A stretch of 63,261 nt of DNA, counting the filler, from Choristocarpus tenellus KU-1152 (taxonomy: Eukaryota; Protista; Phaeophyceae): NCBI GenBank assembly GCA_964200185.2. It is 11 parts of 11 records of this genome, joined end to end, with 100 filler letters (N's around TTAATTAATTAA, not from the genome) between each part and the next. Parts side by side here need not be neighbours in the genome. Positions count along the whole stretch, not along the records: positions 48,011 to 55,836 come from CAXNAD020005531.1; positions 55,937 to 59,862 come from CAXNAD020017110.1; positions 59,963 to 63,261 come from CAXNAD020020949.1; 8 more parts are not named here. The stretch is one strand, 5' to 3'. Every line of letters starts with the position of its first letter. Within the stretch, counting starts at the first letter, position 1. The notes under the pieces are model-generated. The model was not told the DNA's origin. It worked only from the letters and a program-made list of their open reading frames with translations, and did not search any database. Below are positions 53,628 through 63,261 of the stretch, one piece after another. Both the position numbers and the translations under genes were made by a program.

Positions 53628-54893
53628 GCAGCAGGACTACGGTTTGGGGGACGAAAGGGTCCATGGAAAGAAAGGCATACCGGGAGAAGACCTGGAAACT
53701 GATTTCAACTCTTCAGCATTTGAGGCTCTCGAGCGTGACTTCCAGGATGTGCTCTCTGAACTGGTTGGGGACAAGAGTCTCGAGCGCTTCAGGTGAATGT
53801 GGCTACCCTTTAATGCATCGGTGGACTAACATAAACTTTGAAGTAGCAGTGAGTGTGCATTGACATCAAGCGCCACCAACGAGTCGGCGACTTACCAGGA
53901 GAGGAGCAGGATATCAAAACAACACAACACGAAGTTTCTGTGTGGTACAAGCATTCACGGGTTAACTAGAGGAAAATATATATCTTGATACTTTTTGCTG
54001 GTATGCAGCAACCGTCAAGTACTTCTTCGATGCCCTATACTTACTTGTGTTTCACCCTCGCCGCTCCCCCTACTCCTGATACGCCTCCTTCGATAAGACT
54101 CGAATACGAAAAACTGCACCGTGCCCTCAAGAAGTCACATGAGCAGGAGAAACGTCTGATCAAGAAGTGTCGAGAGTTGAATGGCGAAATCGTCAACAAT
54201 GCCGCCAAGGTTCAGACGGCCCTCAAACTTTCACAGGAAGACCAGACCACCATCGGTTCCCTTCGAAAGGAGATTGAGAAGGCCTGGACGATGGTTGATG
54301 TTGCCCACGAGAAGGAAGGTAAAGTAGAATCAGTCACATTTCTTTCTTAAGTCGAGCACAAACATCCTGTTCTGTTGGAAATAAGAACCTTGGATGGCGT
54401 TTACTTTCATCTAGATTGCCCAAGCCAGGACTTCACTCGATGAATACTTGAATATGTGCCTTGGACTAACTACACCCAACATTGGTCCCCCCGGTGTGCG
54501 TCTTTTAGATTTTGGGTATTCAGCAGTGTGTTGAAGTCTATCTTCTTGTGTGGATTCCACAGGTCTACAATTCAATGTACATAGGAGAAATATCTCATTT
54601 GGTTTTCATTCATTTGGACGAAGTATTCAGAGTAGGACATTGTTCCCAATGCTCTTCAGACCGAGTGTGAATAATTTCTTTCTATGTTGTTTCTTACTGG
54701 TTGGGCAATGGTGGAACAAGCAGTTCGGGCAAAGGACACAATCAACCTCTTGAAGGAGGAGATTTCCAACCTAAGCAAGCTGGTGGAAAAGGGTGCAGGG
54801 CTGAGTGTAGGTCAGGAGAATATGGTCAAGGAGCTTATCCATGTCAGGGATGAACTTACACGCACAACTGAGGAACAGGCACAGACAATATCG
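53628..54893 (+). CDS. CFAP58: Cilia- and flagella-associated protein 58, 5' exons (about 53628-53792, 54098-54318, 54724-54893); start codon unresolved, 3' end off contig
   Basis: AFEALERDFQDVLSELVGDKSLERFR|LEYEKLHRALKKSHEQEKRLIKKCRELNGEIVNNAAKVQTALKLSQED..KEIEKAW..LKEEISNLSKLVEKGAGLS. Confidence 0.93.
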
Positions 54894-55157
54894 GTAAGAT
54901 GAAGCTCCATCTCATAATCTGTTCTTAGGTACATCTGCACACTAAATCCTTGTCTCTTTCTTTCCCCAGCTCTCTCTCACAGTTGACTTTGAACTCCAAG
55001 AGTATTTGTTCTGCAGTTCCTGTCGTATAGAACAAATGCCACTGGGAGGACAAACCCTTCAAAGTATAGAGACCTCCATTATATATATTTAGGATGGGTT
55101 TGGACAAGACAAAGAAGTGAATGGGATGGAGACTCACTGAGTGCAAGCAAGTGCATT

Positions 55158-55678
55158 GAGTCAAACCGACTGAGAGGTAGCCAGGGTTGCATTTTAAGGA
55201 TATGGAGAAAGGGCAAAAATATGCCATTTTGTACCATTGCAGAAAGAGCCTTTGCTGATTTATGGTGTCACACTATGTGTGGAGAGGGGGGATATCCATT
55301 TTGTGTACATTATTTTGCACATCAAGCAACGAAATAGAGTGCATTGCACAGAATAAGAAGGACGAGTGAGTGGAAGTATCTTAGAGGAACGAATTTTGCC
55401 TAGTTTGTTAATTTGGGGATTGGGTTCCCACGGGTTTTATTTGACATGTTCCTACTCCAAAATGTTTCGAAGTAGGTAAAATGTGTAAGTTATGAAATGT
55501 GTGTTCAAAACAAAGGATATTTACACTTCCTCACAAATACGATAGCCAAAATTACATCAAAATTTCAACAATTGATTTGGGCCCCCAAACAGACGCGGCT
55601 CTACCCTCTAATATACTTTGACCTGGCCTAGAATGCGAAAAGGGTTCAAACCTGCCTACATCTCGATTGGTTTGGTTC
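55158..55678 (+). mobile_element. MITE family B with nested family C copy (55368-55624), inside a CFAP58 intron
   Basis: Removing 55368-55624 restores colinearity with 17173-17430; flanked by ATT. Confidence 0.85.
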
Positions 55679-55785
55679 ATTCCCCCCAGCAAGGGAGTCA
55701 TGCTGTACCCTGAGTATTCACAAAGGAGCACTTCAAGTGGTCAGGAGAGAATCCCAAAAATATTTCCATTGCAATAGTACCTTTT

Positions 55786-55836
55786 GACCCAAAGTATCTG
55801 GGAGGGGGGGAGGGTCTACACCAGGGTGTCCATTTG
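55786..55836 (+). mobile_element. MITE family A terminus at contig end (similar ends at 27878-27914, 36528-36574, 59801-59862, 59963-59985)
   Basis: GACCCAAAGTATCTGGG-G-tract-GTCTACACCAGGG truncated by the linker. Confidence 0.85.
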
Positions 55837-55973
55837 NNNNNNNNNNNNNNNNNNNNNNNNNNNNNNNNNNNNNNNNNNNNTTAATTAATTAANNNNNNNN
55901 NNNNNNNNNNNNNNNNNNNNNNNNNNNNNNNNNNNNGGCAGTCCTGGGGGTGGCTGTGGGGGGGGGGGTGGGT

Positions 55974-56004
<31 letters not shown>

Positions 56005-56961
56005 GGCGAGGGCCGTTACATATGGTAGGAAGGCGGGATGCATAGGTAGAAGGGGCTAAAGCATACGTCAAGTAGATGGATGCTGCCAGGTAGCACATAG
56101 TTCAATCAAATCAGTTCAAACCCATGAATGCAAAATAGAGATATTGCAACATCCCACAAGCTCGTATGATGTTTGTGGGTGCACATCAATGTCGCCTTTC
56201 AGCAGTGCTACCATCACTTGTTCATACACTTCAAGGAATACTTGGAGATACAGCTAATGCAGGTCGTCTGCAGCTGTCGAGGGTCATCAATGTGACATTG
56301 AGGGGGAAAGAGTCAATGTCCTCACTGCCAGGAGTACAGGGTGTAAGGGGGTCGGTCATCACAGGACCCACCTCTGACTTGATGTCATACCAATACCTAC
56401 GGGTTAAGAGGAGTTCAGTGCAGTCCCAATGATTTATGGGTGTCATCAAGGTGCTCGTTCTTGTTGGGGGAATAGTTCACTGGTTCAAAAATTGAAAGAG
56501 CAATAAAGACACCATTTGTCTGACACGGAACAGGTTAATGCAAGTTACATATGAGAAAAAATACCATCTACAGTCAAATTCCACAAGTTTATGTATGAAA
56601 CACCCAACCCATACCCCCCAATCCCTATGATGCCCTACACTCTGAAACGGCTCATTGCAATGAACTACAAGCATAGAGCAGGCGCAGGGTGTACTTGACC
56701 AATGAAAAGTCTTGCTTGCATCCATACTATTTTTTTGAACTCCAACAGGAGTAGAAGTCTTCCTCTGCTGTTGCTGTATGGCAAACATCGTGTGCCTATT
56801 GCAAAACCCGACTGAAGGGAGACATCCAAAGCAGCAGATTGAGAAATACAGAGTAATACCCTCCTGAGCGCCCCTTCACCATACTTTCTCCTCTTCGAAA
56901 TGGAACCTGTCACGCCTAAAATAAGGGTGTGTAGCCACGATTAGTAGCACAATTAATTTAC

Positions 56962-57083
56962 CTTGCAAGGCTTTCATTGTGCTGCGCACGGACAAATCCT
57001 TGTGCCACGGCCGCTTCCAGCCCGCCGGAGTGAGCGAAGCCTCCAGTGGGGAGAGCCGAGTCACACAGCTGCCAGAGCTTCAT
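56962..57083 (-). CDS. ureF: Urease accessory protein UreF, N-terminal exon (below ORF-track size cutoff)
   Basis: MKLWQLCDSALPTGGFAHSGGLEAAVAQGFV is the UreF N-terminal signature; AG|GTAAAT donor; no convincing downstream exon on the contig. Confidence 0.85.
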
Positions 57084-60000
57084 GATATCGAGCCAGCAGG
57101 GGAAAGGGTGTGGTCGTTCTGTTCAGATTGCTACCGTGTCCGAGCATGGCTTGTGCAACCAATAAATGATTGAAAAATGAGTGCGGCAAGAGTTTTGATG
57201 AAATAGCGACTGCAGAATATTGCAGATTCCAACGACTATGAGCTTCGGCGTACTCCTTAGCGAGTCCCATGTATAAAAGTTTGCGTGACAAGGGTCTTAG
57301 CTATAACAACGGGTCTGCGAAGAAAAGTGGTTGCCAAGAGGAAGATGAACTTAATTATCATGACAAGAGGATCATCGCCACACACTGAATCAATGGAACA
57401 TCGATTTACGGGCAAACAACAGAGACGATCCATGCCAAACCTCGGCACTTCTCGATGTGAGAAGTTACCAAGCATCGTCGACTCTCCCACCTTATCATCC
57501 CCACCAAGGTGATACTCACACTTGCCAACAAAGTTATCAACTAAAACACCGATTTATGGGTGCGTGGGATATTTAGAAAACCCACAGTACTGTAGTTACA
57601 CAAAAAAGTGCATGGAAAAACGAGAAACACGAGGGAAAGTCTTATTTAGTTGTGCCAAGAATTTGTACGAATCGATCTAATCCCAAGGGCAAAACAAGTC
57701 TAAAACTACACCAACTAACCGTCCATTGTACAGTGGTTTCACCCCACCCCCTGTAGACGGGTTCCATGCTCTCCTGGTCTTCAATAATGCTAATTGTTGC
57801 TCTGGACACCGTGGCGTACTCCTTCCTGCCCAAGGCAGCTTCTCAACAGTTGCCTTCTTGTCTACCAACATGTACCAGTGACGGATTTTATCCGTCACAC
57901 CACAAGCAGTCCTCTTATATATGTAGTAACTTCAAACCCTTTCGTGCATTTGGCGCTAGAAATACTTGGCCTGTTGGGGAAGGTGGGACTTGACAGACTC
58001 GTGGGACTCTTCCCTTGTTCCCAGATCGTGTTCACAGTATAGAGAAGTAAACACTTTACAGGAAGTTCCAACTTGGACTACATCAACTACAGAAGTACTT
58101 TGAAGATAATAGATGTTAATCGTTTCTATCTTGATTGTATCTTTCTTGTCGTTCAAATTTCAAATATCATGTGTAATTCTTGGCACATTTTCGCTTGATT
58201 TTCCTTACCTATTCATAGGTGAGAAATAGGTCTTTTTACAAATGGTTGAAAGTGTCAAGTCCAATATCAATTTTTTCTAAATGATATATCAAAAGGTCAA
58301 AGAATTCTTGATACTTGATATTCCAATATGATACATGAACAATAAAGATCAAGAAATATGTTGAATTGTTCGTATGAGTTTGATATTTGTATGTGTGTTC
58401 AATATTGAAAGAAAAACTGGTGGAATTTCACCCTTTTTTGTCTCCAAATTTGACACAAGAGATTGTATGCCTCACATTCAATGGAAGAAGTAACTTATCG
58501 CTTGTCATACGACTAGACTCGGTTTGTACTATTTTAGAGTTAATACAACTCATCTGGTCAAGTCATGTAATTCAGAGGGGACGACAGTCAGTGTGGTGGT
58601 GTCTGGGGTGACACAAAAAGGTAAATATTACCTAATAAAGAGAAACTACCATTCTGCCCCACGTAAGCCCACCAACTAGATGACGAGCCTGGTGGCAAGA
58701 CGTTACACAGGGAGCTGTATTTGTCTCCACAGTCGATATGATTTCCAGCTACCCACACCTTCCACACTTGGGTACTAAAGTCATCCCCACAACAAGAGGG
58801 CAGCACCACAGTGTCACCAACTACATCCCCAGAGAGACAGTTGTTTGTGGTTGTGTTGCCAGCAGAGGACAACGAGCGTTCCGATAGATGTAACAGGGGT
58901 GGACTGTGCAGCCAAATACTTTTTGTGCCGCAAGTGTAACATAACTCTCAAAAAACATTATTCTTCACCATCAACCATTATTTGAAGGGACCACCAAGTT
59001 CCTCCATCACATCTGTACCCACTATTTGCATACCACAATAAACCTCCAGCTGGTAAATTACAGTCTATCTTCAATGTGATCTCCAACCATGCCCTCTTGC
59101 AAGCACTTCCTCCACCTCCGTCTCTAAAGGAGGGGCACCCAATTACCCCACTGCTGTATGTGATGTCTTGGTCGCCTGCTTGAGCAAGCTTAGTTATGCT
59201 GAACTGCTGGTTGCCCTCATCATCAGAGGAGGTCGCTCCCCCCTCAAGGCCGCAGTTCTTCCCAAGCCATTCAGCCCTCAACTTGAAACACCTTCAACAC
59301 CTACAGGAAAAGTCCCAAACTCAAGACCCTTCCTTTGGTGTTGGGGGAAAATTCAGTTAATCAATATACCTTAACTTCATCATCGACTTTGTTTTCCCTC
59401 CACACTACCTTCTTCTATATCGTTCTCTTCTTTGTCATTGTCATATTCACTTGTGTAGTCAAGTACATTGTCCAGCTCGCTCCTGAAACTCATTTGACAA
59501 CCGGAACTATAATGCAAAAGTATTACTAACCCACAGAAAAAGATACGTGATGGTGACCAGTTTCTCGATCAAGCATGCATAGTTAATATAAATACCACCC
59601 AGCCAAATAGTGCATGCGAAAACATGTACAATTCACCTTATGTGAGTCAACGTAAACCAGAGAGTTTCACTTTAAAGATGCTGGCAAATGTGTGAAATCC
59701 GACTTGTTGTACATATGGGAATAGAACATTATCCGAATTGGGCCGAAAGGTTATAAACAACAGAAAAATCAACCCTATCAAGCCAAACTTAGCACTTCAT
59801 GATCCAAAGCATCTGGGGGGGGGGAGGGGGGTCTGCACTGGGGTGTCCATTTGGACCCTGACNNNNNNNNNNNNNNNNNNNNNNNNNNNNNNNNNNNNNN
59901 NNNNNNTTAATTAATTAANNNNNNNNNNNNNNNNNNNNNNNNNNNNNNNNNNNNNNNNNNNNCCCCCTCCCAGATACTTTGGGTCTTCGCCACCAATATT

Positions 60001-62239
60001 CTAATGTTTCTCTCGGTCAAGGCATGAAGAAACGTACAATATTCAAGAATAGTGAGCACCCTGAAAAAAAAAGGCCTCTACTAGTAATTGAAACATCATT
60101 GTGGAGTCGATCAAATGAATTCGTACAGGGAAACACTCTACTTAATCACACTAGTGACTAAAGGATACTATTAGGGAGGGGAGGTAGGTATCTTTCACAC
60201 AATCTTAAGCCGTCTGACATTTTGCAGATGCGTTAGGGAGGTGGGGAAACCGAGACAAAACTATGATGCTACTCCTACTCCTAATAGTATAGATGTAGCA
60301 GTTGTCGATGGTAAGACACCTCCCTGAAATATGTACTACTTGCAAATTCACAATATAACGATATCACCTTGGAGATACTCATAAAGTCGTTCAAGGAAAG
60401 TAACATAAATTCTCGCCTACTATTATTGTAATAATATAGTAGGAATGGATGGGTGAAGTATATAATAGGAAGAGGGAATGTTTTCGTTGCTGGTAGGACA
60501 GGATAAGAAATAGGGAGATTGAGTTTGTTTGGAGCATGGTATTGTATAGGAGAGGTGTAGGTAGACTATTACGAAGTTATGAAACGTTTGGAATAGTAGG
60601 AAGAACTGGGATTTGTTGTATAATGAGTTTGACGTAGGTTAGATGGTGTGATTTAATTAATGGTTGATTTAGATTGCTCACACTCTGGAGAGTGTGTACA
60701 GGAAATACCATAATCGATGATATTTGAGATTTGGAAAACAAGATACAATTGTCGTTGTAATATGAGATCTGGGTGAATACATACATCAACTACGTACGTG
60801 AAAACGGTGGACGATCATGAAGAAAGAAACTTTTGTTGAAAGGGATGTCAACATCACCAGTCTAAGATTTGTGTAGTAATACATTGAAGGGGGAGTTAAG
60901 AAACCCTTCACAAAACCACAACGTTACTATTAGATAGGGGAAGAAAGCAAAGATAGATTGAAAGCTGTTTGGAGGGAAAGGAGATACATCTGCAAAATGT
61001 CAGAGGGCATAATAATAAAAATATAAATGGGAGTTTGGACTTTTGTTTGAAGATAGAGGAGGGAAACTAAAACGAGGCAAATTGGACTATTAAAAGGTGC
61101 GTTTTTGGTACGGAGCGACTTTGACCTTCTTCAAAGAAGTACGGCAAGAAAAAAACGAGTTGGGTCCACCACCCCTTCAATTTTTTTTTATCGTATTTGC
61201 GAAGAGATGGGCCGCAAGAGGTTAGAGAAGAGAGGGGTGGTGTCTAACGAAACTTTCAAATTTACTCCATTTCGTGTATGGTTGTGTTAGTTACGTCAGT
61301 TGATAAATCATTCTTTCCTGTTTTAGCGTTATGAATCATATAATATCTTGACAAATAGGGAAAGATTCTACAGTACCGGTATTTAACTATTATTTCCTCT
61401 AACATTTTCGAGATGTTTGTGTCATCGAAAAAGTCAATTTTAGTATTTTATTATTATTATTTGAAGTTTGAATCCACTATTCCTTATTTGAAGTTTGAAA
61501 CGCAAAATTTATATGATTATTGACAACTACAATTTAATGTACTTCCCACATACACACTACTACTATACTACACCTAATGATCTGCTCATCCTACCATGTT
61601 CATCCGTAAAACGTAAATATGTGTCGAAAAGCATCTTGTTTTGGGAACTACTCAGTAACTTCCCGAAACTTTCGAAGTTGAATACTTGAACTCCAATTTT
61701 GAAGCACACGCACGACGTTTTCCTTGTTAACTCATACGTCAGCAAGTTGATGACATATATGGGTTATATGGAGAGAAACACTCAAGATATCAATGCTCCA
61801 ATACTCTCACCAATCACCCATTTATTGAGTTTGACTCTATAAATGAAAAAAATACTCATCAATAGTAATTGTAGTTTGGTATGGTAAACTTGTTCTGAAA
61901 ATATGTTGCTTAAAAGTGAAGAATCTCGATATTGAATCCGCTCTATTGATTTTTATTTGACATATCTTGTGACATATTCCTATACTAACGTGTGGTTCGA
62001 AATATACCCCCTATCTCCTATCAACCTGTCAATATGAAATAATTTGTTGCAATTTTACGATATTGTTATTTTGTTATTTTCCAGTCGTGTGAAACTGCAA
62101 TTAACCACCGATTTCTTTTGGAACATACGAACTACTCCACTGGTCCTCAGTCCTCAAACACAACAATACTCCTATCTTCTTGCTTGGGTGGTGCTGTTAG
62201 CTGCGTTGAAGAGAACTGGTGTGAGGTGTGAGGGAGTGG

Positions 62240-62760
62240 ATTGAGGTCGATGACTGAGGGGTGGAATATACCAGACATCGACGCACTGATTATCTACCAA
62301 ATCTCGCAATCGGGTCTTGGGTCTAGAGCGCTGGTTGATAATGCAAACCAGGCTTGTGAGCATTATCCCATTCGTGAGAGCAAAACACCTAGGCCCTATC
62401 TGTGTTTGCGTTCCTTCTGGGTATTACAGGATTGTTACACCTAACATTTTATTTTGAATCAAGTTCAGCACGTGCGACGTCATGGAGGAGGAGAATCTAT
62501 CTGTGAATGTTAAGGAGGGAATTAAAGCAGATCGCCCAAAGTTCAGCGCCATGGTCGGCAAGAGCAAAATAGATGTGGTAACAGGGGAGTTGACCTGGGA
62601 ACCGGACAAGGTGAGCCGGATAATAACATATCTCACAATCATTCCAGTATCGACAGATGCACCAAGGGGGAATTTGCAATGTGGCAAGGGTCTGTTCGGT
62701 TGAATTTCTGTGGTTTGGTGACGCTGTTCTAAGTGTGGGTATTTCCGGGCAAGGTGTAGA
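62240..62760 (+). pseudogene. Possible Ty3/Gypsy RT-thumb remnant
   Basis: IRESKTP..LRSF and GYYR..PN in adjacent frames resemble LRSFLG..GYYRRFIPN. Confidence 0.3.
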
Positions 62761-63216
62761 CGTTTTTTGTGGTCCACTTCCATCCACTGTGGCCAACCTC
62801 GAGGACGTTTATTATGGGAATATTATTTTGTTCGTTCTGTGTTGGGGCTCAGGTGATCAGCATGGCCTCCTTTGCCAAGAGTACCTTCGCCCCAAGCTGT
62901 CCACTTGCATTTGTTCTAGCCTTCTTCTCGCTGTCATGTCTTAAAAGATAAATAAGGTTTACCGACTTTTGCCGACAAGATACTCTCTCCCTTGACCTCG
63001 CTCTCGTTGAGCAAAGTCAACATGGCATTCGGTGGTGGAACAGGTGGTCGGGGAACGACAGTGCAGAGTCGAGGCACCTTTCGATCTTTGGTGAACATTG
63101 CAGACTTTGGCTCGCAGAAGACTCGCGCAGAAAATCGTTTGGTTTGAGGTGGCTACGAGATGCGGACAAAGGCGGAACACTTCCTTCCAATGTGTTGAGC
63201 ATCTTTACACCCCCCG

Positions 63217-63249
<33 letters not shown>

Positions 63250-63261
63250 ACACACCACCCA

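Noticed and set aside
57061-57291. 76-aa ORF ending in TGA over the UreF start
   Set aside because: Wrong frame; the UreF signature is in another frame.
57640-59330. Chain of short minus-strand ORFs
   Set aside because: No recognisable motif or consistent exon chain; probably old TE debris.
60100-62150. AT-rich tract as organellar, viral or contaminant DNA
   Set aside because: No long ORF or RNA gene, and the contig starts with the host MITE end.

Overview
Eukaryotic nuclear DNA, most likely a brown alga or close photosynthetic stramenopile (inference from GT-AG introns, bipartite plastid presequences, flagellar CFAP58, TTAGGG-type repeats and brown-algal-like TEs). It is not contiguous: 11 contigs are joined by artificial N44-TTAATTAATTAA-N44 linkers, so synteny across linkers is meaningless. 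Spliced genes rebuilt by hand with phase-consistent introns: a plastid-targeted TrmB-like methyltransferase (GC-AG intron) head-to-head with a taxilin-family gene; an App1-type phosphatidate-phosphatase-like gene; a KOBITO1/ELD1-like glycosyltransferase head-to-head with WDR83/MORG1; and fragments of a GBF1/GNOM ARF-GEF, CFAP58, UreF and an L-type-lectin-like gene. Mobile DNA includes a decayed two-gene PIF/Harbinger element interrupted by an internally deleted Copia, a deleted mariner with Stowaway-like MITEs (one an 849-bp foldback) and a decayed Sola2-like transposase. The best candidate for an undescribed system is three related MITE families with G..CAAA termini and an odd, orientation-consistent 3/4-bp target-site duplication, together with the Sola2-like gene, whose upstream 89-bp repeats carry the same CAAAGTAT motif as hairpins. 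No rRNA, tRNA or CRISPR array was recognised. Family assignments come from motif recognition, not database searches.
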